Source: Luoshenia tenuis (GTDB lineage Bacteria; Bacillota; Clostridia; Christensenellales; GCA-900066905). From it: a stretch of 24,000 nt of DNA. The position numbers were made by a program, and so were the translations under genes. Under the pieces are notes generated by a model that did not search any database, was not told the DNA's origin, and saw only the letters and a list, made by a program, of their open reading frames with translations. The stretch covers positions 416,040 to 440,039 of the forward strand of contig NZ_JACRSO010000003.1 of NCBI RefSeq assembly GCF_014384745.1. Reading direction: 5' to 3'. Shown here one piece after another: positions 14,987 through 22,974 of this stretch (its first letter is position 1; each line of letters begins with the position of its first letter).

Positions 14987-15012
14987 GTCATTCCAAGAGC
15001 AGCGAGGAATCC
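14987..15012 (+). repeat. Solo A-arm hairpin
   Basis: gtcattccaagagcagcgaggaatcc has no matching B-arm before the GH3 terminator. Confidence 0.55.
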
Positions 15013-15103
15013 TGAAGGTTAGCCGCTGAGGGTAGCTTGCGCTCGGTCGCGGTGGAGTTGGATAGAGCGCTGTTGCTAAAGCGGGAGGGGGCCCTGGCAA
15101 AGG

Positions 15104-15133
15104 CAAAGCCCCCGCACGTTGGCGGGGGCTTTG
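15104..15133 (-). terminator. Hairpin terminator downstream of the GH3 gene
   Basis: A 12-bp GC-rich stem, caaagcccccgc (15104-15115) / gcgggggctttg (15122-15133), lies 15 nt beyond the stop at 15149. The minus-strand tail cctttgcc is only weakly T-rich. Confidence 0.6.
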
Positions 15134-15148
15134 GCGAATCTTTTGGCG

Positions 15149-17401
15149 TCAGCCGCCCAGGGCGGCGTTCATCTTGTCGATCAGGCCGCGCAGACGGTCG
15201 TTATCAAAATCAGCGCCCACAAAGCTGCGGACCGAGCGCAGCGGCAGGTTGAGCATCACGTGCAGCATCATATCGTCCTTAGCCTTTTCGTCCTCCAGGT
15301 CCAGGTCGGGCATCATCTGCCCCAGCAGCTTTTTGGCGGCCGGGCCGGTGCGCGGGTCGGCCAGCAGGTCGCCCACGGTCCAGTTCTCGTGCACCTGTAC
15401 GGGAGCTTGGGCGGGATTTTGGAATCGCACCTGGCCGGTCAAGCGGATATCCCGGGAGGAGGCGCCCACTAAAATCTCAAACGTACCATCGGCCGCGCGC
15501 CAGGCATGGCTTTCCACATCGTAAAAGGCAAAGGCGCGCATATCAAGGGTCAGGGTCACTTCCTTTTCTTCGCCTGGCTGCAGGGTTACCTTGGCAAAGC
15601 CGCGCAGCTCTTTATCCGGCCGCAGGGCCGCGCCGGTGCAGTCCCGCACGTAGAGCTGGACGATCTCCTTGCCCGGGCGGGAGCCAGTGTTTTTCACCTT
15701 GAGGCGGCAGGTCAGGGTATCGTCCGGGCCCAGGGTATCGGCGCTTAAGCAAAGATCGCTGTAGGCGAACTGGGTGTAGCTTAGGCCAAAGCCAAAGGGG
15801 AAGCGCACCGGCATCTTTTTACTGTCGTAATACCGGTAGCCCACAAACACGCCCTCCCGGTATTCCACGGTATCCTTGACGCCGGGGAAGTTGAGGTAAG
15901 AGGGGTTATCCTCCAAGCGCAGGGGGAAGGTCTCGGCCAGCTTGCCGCAGGGGCTGCAATCGCCAAAGAGCAGGTCCACCGTGGCGGCGCCCACGGCCTG
16001 CCCGCCCAGATACCCTTCCAGCAGGGCGTTGACCTGATCGATCCAAGGGGTCTCCACCGGCGAACCGTTGTACAGCACCACCACCGTATTGGGCTGGGCC
16101 GCGGCCACGGCCTCGATCAAGGCGTTATGGCTCTGGGGCATGCGCATGTGCGTGCGGTCATACCCCTCGGACTCAAAGGCGTCCGGAAGGCCGGCGAACA
16201 CCACGGCCACATCCGCCGCCTTTGCCACGGATACGGCTTGCGCAATCAGCGCCGGGTCGGGCGTTTCCCCCTCCAAAGAATAGCCGGGGGCATAAGTTAC
16301 GTTGAAGCGCCCCTGGGCCGCCTCCAGCGCGCCGGTCACCTTGGTGGCGTTGATGTGGGAGCTGCCGCCCCCCTGGTAGCGAGGCGTTTTAGCAAACGCG
16401 CCGATAAAGGCCACCTTTTGCTCCTTGGCGATGGGCAGGGCGCCCTGGTTTTTCAGCAGCACCATGCTCTCCCTGGCCACCTTGCGGGCCAGCTGGTTTT
16501 GCGCATCCAGATCGCAAACGGTGGGCTTGTGATTTTGCAGGTAGCGCAGGGTGATGTTTAAGATGCGCTCCACCGCCCGGTCCAGCACGGCCTCGTCCAG
16601 CCGCCCTTCGCGCACGGCGCGCACGATCTCCCGGTCGTTCACCCCGCCGCTGGCGGGCATCTCCAGCTCCAGCCCGGCTTTCAGGCCCTTGACCCGGTCG
16701 TTGCAGGCGCCCCAGTCGGTCATCGCATAGCCCTCAAAGCCCCATTCATCCCGCAGCACATCGGTGAGCAGCCACTTGTTCTCGGAGGCAAATTCGCCAT
16801 TGATGCGGTTATACGAGCACATCACCGTCCAGGGCTGGGCCTTTTTTACCGCCCGCTCAAAGGCGGGGAAGTAGATCTCCCGCAGGGTGCGCTCATCCAC
16901 CTGGGAAGAGGAGGTCATCCGCCGGTACTCCTGGTTGTTGGCGGCAAAGTGCTTCAGGCTGGTGCCCACATTTTGGCTTTGCACGCCCCGGATGTGGGCG
17001 GCGGCCATCTCGCCGGCCAGGCAGGGATCCTCAGAGAAGTACTCAAAATTGCGTCCGCACAGCGGGCTGCGCTTGATGTTGACCGCCGGGCCCAGCAGCA
17101 CGCTGACGTCCTCGGCCTGGCACATCTGCCCCAGGGCCGCGCCCATTTCCTCCAGAAGGGCGGTATCAAAAGAGCAGGCCGTGGCCGAGGCCGCCGGGAA
17201 GCAGACCGCCGGCACGCTGAGCTTCAGGCCCAGATGATCCGCCTCGGAGGCCTGCTTGCGCAGCCCGTGGGGCCCGTCGCACACCATCACGCCGGGCAGG
17301 CCGAGCCGCTGCACCGATTTGAGATGCCAAAAATCCTCCCCGGAGCACAGGCCCGCCTTTTCCTCCAGGGTGAGTTGGGAGATGATCTCTTTTACCGTCA
17401 T
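15149..17401 (-). CDS. Glycoside hydrolase family 3 beta-glucosidase (BglX-like) with C-terminal Fn3-like domain
   Basis: 750 aa. The N-terminus is LTLEEKAGLCSGEDFW, with KHFAANNQE. The catalytic nucleophile context is GFEGYAMTDWGA. The C-terminal part carries FPFGFGLSYTQFAYSDL. The RBS GAAAGGAG lies upstream. Confidence 0.9.
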   Translation of the reverse strand: MTVKEIISQLTLEEKAGLCSGEDFWHLKSVQRLGLPGVMVCDGPHGLRKQASEADHLGLKLSVPAVCFPAASATACSFDTALLEEMGAALGQMCQAEDVSVLLGPAVNIKRSPLCGRNFEYFSEDPCLAGEMAAAHIRGVQSQNVGTSLKHFAANNQEYRRMTSSSQVDERTLREIYFPAFERAVKKAQPWTVMCSYNRINGEFASENKWLLTDVLRDEWGFEGYAMTDWGACNDRVKGLKAGLELEMPASGGVNDREIVRAVREGRLDEAVLDRAVERILNITLRYLQNHKPTVCDLDAQNQLARKVARESMVLLKNQGALPIAKEQKVAFIGAFAKTPRYQGGGSSHINATKVTGALEAAQGRFNVTYAPGYSLEGETPDPALIAQAVSVAKAADVAVVFAGLPDAFESEGYDRTHMRMPQSHNALIEAVAAAQPNTVVVLYNGSPVETPWIDQVNALLEGYLGGQAVGAATVDLLFGDCSPCGKLAETFPLRLEDNPSYLNFPGVKDTVEYREGVFVGYRYYDSKKMPVRFPFGFGLSYTQFAYSDLCLSADTLGPDDTLTCRLKVKNTGSRPGKEIVQLYVRDCTGAALRPDKELRGFAKVTLQPGEEKEVTLTLDMRAFAFYDVESHAWRAADGTFEILVGASSRDIRLTGQVRFQNPAQAPVQVHENWTVGDLLADPRTGPAAKKLLGQMMPDLDLEDEKAKDDMMLHVMLNLPLRSVRSFVGADFDNDRLRGLIDKMNAALGG

Positions 17402-17450
17402 GCGTTAACGCTCCTTTCAAAGCCCGAAAAAGGCTTATCCGCTTTTCTCC

Positions 17451-17479
17451 ATTGTAACGCGAAACAAAGGGGTTGTCTA
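17451..17479 (-). promoter_or_regulatory. Candidate promoter of the GH3 gene
   Basis: The minus strand reads TAGACA (17479-17474), a 17-nt spacer, then TACAAT (17456-17451). Motif match only. Confidence 0.35.
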
Positions 17480-17643
17480 GGTGTAAACCCTTTGCAAATT
17501 TTGGGGAACAGCCGCCCGCACAGCGCGCGGGCGTGGCGGGTGAAAGATGGGGCAAGCGCAAGGGTAAGGTGGAAAAGCGCATGGGCAGGATGGGGCAAGC
17601 GGAGCTGGACCGCATCGATCAAAGTCGGGCCAAGCGAATATAA

Positions 17644-17671
17644 AGAAATTCTTCGCAAGGTTCGGAACGAC
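17644..17671 (+). repeat. Degenerate B-arm remnant
   Basis: agaaattcttcgcaaggttcggaacgac resembles gagattcttcgc..ctgaatgac. Confidence 0.35.
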
Positions 17672-17827
17672 ATTTATTCTGCTGAGGACGGCAGATTTCT
17701 CCCGGCACAAGAGCACGGGGATAGCGGGAGTTGTTGGGGGGATAAACGGCCCGCCTGGCGCCAAGCGTTTGGGAAAGTGATTTTTTACATTGGCTGTAAG
17801 GTCAAAGGGAGGGGGGAATTGTGATGG

Positions 17828-17865
17828 AAAAAACGGCAAGGGCAGGGAATTTTCCCTGCCCTTGC
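17828..17865 (-). terminator. Strong intrinsic terminator on the minus strand with no annotated gene upstream of it
   Basis: There is a perfect palindrome, gcaagggcagggaa (17836-17849) / ttccctgcccttgc (17852-17865). On the minus strand the stem is followed by cgTTTTTTcc (plus-strand A-run 17828-17833). Confidence 0.75.
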
Positions 17866-18457
17866 GCTTGCATCTATCCAATTTATCTTTTGATGGGCCT
17901 TGAGGCGCCCGCCCTTTACCCCGCCTTTGGGGGCCTGTGGCGGCGGGCGCATGCATCGCCGGCGATAGAGTCCCCCAAAAGGCGGCGCCCTTTTTTCCGC
18001 GGCTGGGGGGAGGTATGATCAATCTATCTATATTCTATCGGAGGAAAAGCATCTTCTCCTTTCCGTTCGTTTTGGGGCGCTTGGGCCCCGCGTCTTGTGG
18101 CATGTATATTGCGGCAAAGCCGTCTTTATCTATGTGAGAGAGAAGGGGTTGATTCGGGTTTACCGCCGCAAAAAAACCGGGGCAGCCAAAACGATGGCGC
18201 CTGGCGGCGGGCCCGCCGGTACTTGTACCTCGCTATCTTCCATAACCTCGTTCACTTCCTTTCTCCGGGCCGCCCCTTTATCCATTATAACTTTGGGGGT
18301 TCCCCGTTTCGTTATATTGAATATATCAGGGGGTTATGACCAATTCGTGAGTAAGTTTTTAATAAACTGTTACGACACCATTTTTTTACAAGCCTGAACG
18401 GAATGTGAAATTCTGCCAATTCGTGCAGGGAATGTAAAGATTATTTAGCAGCCTAAA

Positions 18458-18486
18458 TTGTTTTTTGCCGCTATCCGTGCTATGAT
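18458..18486 (+). promoter_or_regulatory. Candidate promoter of the MATE-GNAT operon
   Basis: TTGTTT (18458-18463), a 17-nt spacer including the extended -10 TGc, then TATGAT (TGcTATGAT spans 18478-18486). It lies in the only AT-rich patch upstream of GTG 18609. Confidence 0.5.
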
Positions 18487-18608
18487 TAAAAGTACGCTAA
18501 TATCGGTGTTTGGCGCATTCGCCGCGCGGCTGTCGGGGGCAGGCCGTGCGGCTTTTGGCCGCCCGGGCGGGGACACCATCATTTCACAATTCGGGGGGAG
18601 AGGGACGA

Positions 18609-19961
18609 GTGCACAAGATTTTCGTGCGGGATAAGAGCTTTTACAAATTGATTTTGACGCTGGCTATACCGGTGGTGCTGCAGAACATGATCACCATCGG
18701 CGTAAACATCATGGATACCATGATGCTGGGCAGCTATGGGGAGGTGCAGATCTCCGGCTCGTCGCTGGCCAACGAGTTTATCAACATCTTCCAGATCCTG
18801 TGCATGGGCATGGGCGGAGGCGCGGCGGTGCTTACGGCCCAGTACTGGGGGCGGGGAGACGTAGGGTCGCTTAAAAAAGTGGTGACCATTATGCTGCGGG
18901 TTGGGGTGGCTGTGGCCGCGGCCTTTGCGCTGGTCACCTGGATATGGCCGGATGCGCTGATGCGCCTGTACACGCCGGATGCGGCCATCATCGAAAAAGG
19001 GGTGTTATACTTCCGCATCAGCGCGCCCTGCTATCTGCTGATGGCCGTATCGCTGACGCTGACCATCGTGCTGCGCTCGGTCCATCTGGTGCGCCTGCCG
19101 CTCATCGCCGCCATCGTCAGCTTTGTGGTAAACATCTTTTTTAACTGGGTATTCATCTTCGGCAACCTGGGCGCCCCGGAGATGCAGATCGAAGGGGCGG
19201 CGCTGGGCACACTGATCGCCCGCATCGCGGAGTTTGGCATCATCGCGGGGTACTTTCTGTTTGCAGACCAGCGCGTGGGTTACCGCCTGCAGGACCTGGT
19301 GGCCAAGTGCGGGGACCATGTGCGCACCTTTTTCACCTACAGCCTGCCGGTGATCGTTTCAGACACCCTGCTGGCCCTGGGCAACAATATGGTGGCCATC
19401 ATCGTAGGACATATCGGTGCCAGTTTTGTGGCGGCCAACGCCATCATCGCCCAGACGGTCAAACTATCGACCGTGTTCAACCAGGGGTTGAGCAACGCGG
19501 CCTCCATCGTTACGGGCAACACGCTGGGCAAGGGGGAGCGGGAGACCGCCTACCGCCAGGGCGTGAGCTTTACGGCTTTAAGCGTATTGATCGGCCTGGC
19601 GGCCGCGGGCATCCTGCTGGCCATCACCCCGGCGATCATAAACGGTTTTAACATCACCCAAGAGACCCGGGACATTGCCTTCCAGCTGATGATGGCGGTA
19701 TCGGTGATGGTGATCTTCCAGACCATGCAGGGCGTGCTGACCAAGGGCGTACTGCGGGGCGGCGGGGATACCAAGTTTTTGATGATCGCAGACGTGGCGT
19801 TTTTGTGGCTGGCCTCGGTGCCGCTGGGGTACCTGGCGGGGCTGGTGTGGAGCTGGCCGCCGTTTTGGATCTATACCGCGCTGAAGATCGACTGGGCCAT
19901 CAAGTCCATCTGGTGCCTGTTCCGCCTGAAATCCAAAAAGTGGATACGGGTGGTGGAATAG
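18609..19961 (+). CDS. MATE family efflux transporter
   Basis: ORF 18510-19961, with preferred GTG at 18609 after GGGGAGAGGG. The N-terminus VHKIFVRDKSFYKLILTLAIPVVLQNMITIGVNIMDTMMLGSYGE is the conserved MATE start. The 450-aa product is polytopic and hydrophobic. Confidence 0.9.
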   Translation: MHKIFVRDKSFYKLILTLAIPVVLQNMITIGVNIMDTMMLGSYGEVQISGSSLANEFINIFQILCMGMGGGAAVLTAQYWGRGDVGSLKKVVTIMLRVGVAVAAAFALVTWIWPDALMRLYTPDAAIIEKGVLYFRISAPCYLLMAVSLTLTIVLRSVHLVRLPLIAAIVSFVVNIFFNWVFIFGNLGAPEMQIEGAALGTLIARIAEFGIIAGYFLFADQRVGYRLQDLVAKCGDHVRTFFTYSLPVIVSDTLLALGNNMVAIIVGHIGASFVAANAIIAQTVKLSTVFNQGLSNAASIVTGNTLGKGERETAYRQGVSFTALSVLIGLAAAGILLAITPAIINGFNITQETRDIAFQLMMAVSVMVIFQTMQGVLTKGVLRGGGDTKFLMIADVAFLWLASVPLGYLAGLVWSWPPFWIYTALKIDWAIKSIWCLFRLKSKKWIRVVE

Positions 19962-20408
19962 GTGGCCGCAGAGCGGGTGAGGATCAAAAGAGCCGGCGGG
20001 CAGGAGCTGGACGCGGTGATGCGCCTGTGGTTGGCAGGCAATGTGCAGGCGCATGGCTTTATTCCCGAGGCATATTGGCATGGGCATTTTGAGGAAGTGC
20101 GTAAGGCCGTCAGCCAAAGCCGGGTATATGTCGCCTATGCAGGCGGCGCGGCTATAGGCTTTATTGGGCTGGTGGATGGATACGTCGCGGGCCTTTTTGT
20201 GGATGAGCACAGCCGCGGCAGCGGCGTGGGCCGGCGGCTTTTGGCGCGTGCCAAGGCGGAAAACAGCGCGCTGACCCTACAGGTATACCGGCAAAACGCG
20301 GGTGCGGTGCGCTTTTACCGGCGGGAGGGCTTTGTTGTGGCCTCAGAGCAGTATGATGAGCAGACCGGCCAGCGCGAATATACGATGCGCTGGCAAAGAG
20401 AGAAATAA
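19962..20408 (+). CDS. GNAT family N-acetyltransferase
   Basis: The GTG start immediately follows the MATE stop (TAGGTG). Motif A is GLFVDEHSRGSGVGRRLL, followed by a C-terminal FYRREGF. Confidence 0.8.
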   Translation: MAAERVRIKRAGGQELDAVMRLWLAGNVQAHGFIPEAYWHGHFEEVRKAVSQSRVYVAYAGGAAIGFIGLVDGYVAGLFVDEHSRGSGVGRRLLARAKAENSALTLQVYRQNAGAVRFYRREGFVVASEQYDEQTGQREYTMRWQREK

Positions 20409-20415
20409 GGGACAC

Positions 20416-20447
20416 AAAAAAAGGATGGCGTTTAAGCCATCCTTTTT
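20416..20447. terminator. Bidirectional intrinsic terminator between convergent GNAT and Gfo/Idh/MocA genes
   Basis: aaaaaggatggc pairs with gccatccttttt around loop gtttaa. The A-run on one side and T-run on the other serve both strands. Confidence 0.85.
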
Positions 20448-20461
20448 GTAAAGCCGTATAA

Positions 20462-21649
20462 TTAGTTGTCCAGGCAGGCCTCGGCAGCGGTGCCGTTTAC
20501 ATAACCGCTGGGCAGCGGAGCCGGCTGGGTGAAGGGGGTCTGCATGGTGTAGACCTTGCCATCTTCCTTGCAGCTCTCCATAATGCCGTGGACGATCTCC
20601 ATGGCGTGCAGGCCCATCTCGGCGCTGCAGCGCGGGGCACGATTGTTGCGCAGGGCATAGGCCATATCCGCCACGCCGATGCCGCGGATAGAATCCTGCC
20701 ACATGACCTCGGGGGCCGTGCCGGGCTCGTAGAACACCTTGTTCTTGTTCACATAGCCATGGGTGAGGGGCACCTCGTAGCGCTCCATCACGTTGTTGCG
20801 CATCAGGTACACCGGGCCGCCGTAGGTGTTCGGATCCGGGCAGATGATGCAGCCTTCGGTACCCCAGATCTCCAGGCGGGTGGTCTCGCCGATGCTCTCG
20901 GAGAGCACCGTCAGGTTGCCCAGCACGCCGTTTTCAAACTCCAGGGCGCCCTGGAGGATGTTGGGCTGGGGCAGATCGAACTTCTCTTTATACCGGGGCG
21001 AGCGCGGATTGCTGAAAGCCTTCTGCTCGCTGGACTTTTTGGCAAAGCCGTTGACGCGCTTGACCGGGCCCAGCAACGCGAGCAGGGCGTGCATGTAATA
21101 GCTGCCCATATCGAACATGACGCTGCCGCCGTACTGCATGACGAACGGGAGCGAATCCCCCTCGCCGGCGGGCTGATAGTTACGGGTGAGCACCGCCTGG
21201 GCGTTGACCGGCTGGCCGATCATCCCGGCGTCCAGCAGCTTGCGGCAGGTCTGCAGGCCGCCGCCCAGGAAGGTATCCGGGGCCATGCCCAGGTAGAGGC
21301 CCTTTTCCTTAGACAGATCGTAAAGCTTTTTGGCCTCCAGATATTCGCCCGCCATCATCTTCTCGCTCTGCACGTGCTTGCCGGCCTTGAGCGCCGCCTC
21401 AGTCACCTCAAAGTGGCTTAAGGGGTAGGTGGTGTTGACCACGATCTGGATCTCGGGATCGTTCAAGATCTCCTCATTGGTCATCTGGCGGATGCCGAAC
21501 TGCTCGGCACGGGCCTTGCTGCGCTCGGGGATGATGTCCGAGCAGCCCACAACGTCCAGGATGCCAAAGGTGTTGACCATGGTGTTCAGGTAGGTGTAGC
21601 TGATTGCGCCCGAGCCGATCAGGGCGACTTTTACCGGTTTGATAGCCAT
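20462..21649 (-). CDS. Gfo/Idh/MocA family oxidoreductase
   Basis: ORF 20462-21784 (TTG-initiated in the track), with preferred ATG at 21649 preceded by AAGGGAGGAAAG. The N-terminal Rossmann fold is MAIKPVKVALIGSGAISYTYL. HVQSEKMMA occupies the position of the family EKP motif. Confidence 0.9.
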   Translation of the reverse strand: MAIKPVKVALIGSGAISYTYLNTMVNTFGILDVVGCSDIIPERSKARAEQFGIRQMTNEEILNDPEIQIVVNTTYPLSHFEVTEAALKAGKHVQSEKMMAGEYLEAKKLYDLSKEKGLYLGMAPDTFLGGGLQTCRKLLDAGMIGQPVNAQAVLTRNYQPAGEGDSLPFVMQYGGSVMFDMGSYYMHALLALLGPVKRVNGFAKKSSEQKAFSNPRSPRYKEKFDLPQPNILQGALEFENGVLGNLTVLSESIGETTRLEIWGTEGCIICPDPNTYGGPVYLMRNNVMERYEVPLTHGYVNKNKVFYEPGTAPEVMWQDSIRGIGVADMAYALRNNRAPRCSAEMGLHAMEIVHGIMESCKEDGKVYTMQTPFTQPAPLPSGYVNGTAAEACLDN

Positions 21650-21845
21650 AATCTTTCCTCCCTTAAATCTCTTGCCCGGCGCAAAACGCCGGGATTGTCC
21701 TTGCGTGTCCCCCTGTTTATAGCCGACTTCACCGTTTATAAACAGTCCAAGTAAACAATACCACATTCTGCCTGAAGGTGACAACAGTTTTTATGGGCTG
21801 GGGCACAATATTTTAGCGGGCGCGCGCCCGTTGCGGGCGGCACGC

Positions 21846-21873
21846 AAAAAGGGGCGGAATGATCCGCCCCTTT
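21846..21873 (-). terminator. Intrinsic terminator of esterase copy 2
   Basis: The minus strand reads aaaggggcgga-tcat-tccgcccctttttg, a GC stem plus T-run, beginning 18 nt after the stop. Confidence 0.85.
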
Positions 21874-21890
21874 CAGCATTTAAAGGAACC

Positions 21891-22742
21891 TTAAAAGGGA
21901 TTGCCCGCATCCCGGGAGTCAAAGCCGAAGAACTTGAGCGCCCGCTGGATGGTCAAATCCCAAAAGCGCCACTCGTGCTGGTAGCCGGGGATCTCCTCAA
22001 AGGTGGCGTCTAGGCCGATTTCCTCGGCATAGGCGCGGAACTCCTTAAAGTTCTCATAGAGCATATCGTCCGTGCCGATGGCGAAGTACAGCCGGGGCAG
22101 CACGCCCTTTGCAATCTGCTCGGGCAGCTTATCCCAGGCGTTGCGGGGGCTGTCAAGATAGGCCTGCTCCCCGCCCAGGGAGGCAATGCGGTTTTGGATG
22201 CGCTTTAGATCCATGGCGCCGAAGCCCTCGGGTGCCTGGCCCGCGCGCACCCGCTCGATCTCCTTATGCAGGTTGCGCGGCGAGTTGGAAAGTATCGCCG
22301 CCGCGGCAAATTTCTCCGGATAGAAGGCGGCGAACTGCCCCGTGCCGCCCCCGCCCATGGAGAGGCCGGCGATAAAGTTGTCCTCCCGCTTGTCCGAGGC
22401 CGGGAACCAGTTGTAGATCAGCGGCATCAATTCTTTGATGAGGTAATCCTCCATAAAAAAGCCGGTGCCGAAGGTGGGCCAGTTGATATAATCGCTGTTC
22501 ATCGCGCTGGGCATGACCACGATCAGGTCGTTCTCGCAGGCGTACAGCTCGATCATGCTCTTTCGCAGCCAATCGCTATGGTCCCCAAAGGTGCCGTGCA
22601 GCAGCCAAAGCACCGGGTACTTTTTGCCGCTGCCGTAAAAATCGGCTGGGGATTGTTCCCGCGGCTTGTCGGGAAGGATCACGCTGACCTCGTGGTTGAC
22701 CATCAGGTACTGGCTTTCAAAATTCATGGTGACAAGTGCCAT
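21891..22742 (-). CDS. Esterase family protein (alpha/beta hydrolase), copy 2
   Basis: 283 aa with GLSMGGGG. The first ~115 aa and last ~28 aa are almost identical to 3238-4086, and the middle is diverged. Confidence 0.9.
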   Translation of the reverse strand: MALVTMNFESQYLMVNHEVSVILPDKPREQSPADFYGSGKKYPVLWLLHGTFGDHSDWLRKSMIELYACENDLIVVMPSAMNSDYINWPTFGTGFFMEDYLIKELMPLIYNWFPASDKREDNFIAGLSMGGGGTGQFAAFYPEKFAAAAILSNSPRNLHKEIERVRAGQAPEGFGAMDLKRIQNRIASLGGEQAYLDSPRNAWDKLPEQIAKGVLPRLYFAIGTDDMLYENFKEFRAYAEEIGLDATFEEIPGYQHEWRFWDLTIQRALKFFGFDSRDAGNPF

Positions 22743-22925
22743 TTTTCTTTTCCCCCTTTAAAACTGCGTTTTGTGCAGGCTGCCTCTCTTAAACGCTGCA
22801 GGGCAGCTTTACACGGTGTTACTGATGAAGATAGAATACCATGTTTTAGGCGGTTTGTAAATCGTTTTAGCTCCCGCCCGGCGCGGAATAAATCAACTTG
22901 ATTGGCGCGCGGCGCGCAAAACGTG

Positions 22926-22931
22926 TATAAT
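22926..22931 (+). promoter_or_regulatory. Possible -10 box for the downstream sensor-like gene
   Basis: A perfect TATAAT lies 44 nt upstream of GTG 22975. No convincing -35 is present (TTGATT sits 22 nt away). Confidence 0.25.
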
Positions 22932-22974
22932 GGAGCTATTACAAAAATGAATTGGATAAATTGGGGGTGGCGGC

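Noticed and set aside
7333-15148. Classical mobile genetic island (prophage, ICE or transposon) for the repeat-bracketed 7.4-15.1-kb region.
   Set aside because: No integrase, transposase, relaxase, phage structural gene or tRNA attachment site is present. Gene content is ordinary metabolism, and GC content looks uniform with the flanks.
17821-18018. Small ORF MEKTARAGNFPCPCACIYPIYLL... (ATG 17824), preceded by a very strong SD-like AAAGGGAGGGGGG.
   Set aside because: The ORF runs straight through the 14-bp perfect terminator palindrome, which generates the CPCAC string. Its composition is P/G/R-rich with no recognisable fold. The purine-rich 'SD' is part of G-rich repeat sequence. It would only be worth revisiting if Ribo-seq shows translation.
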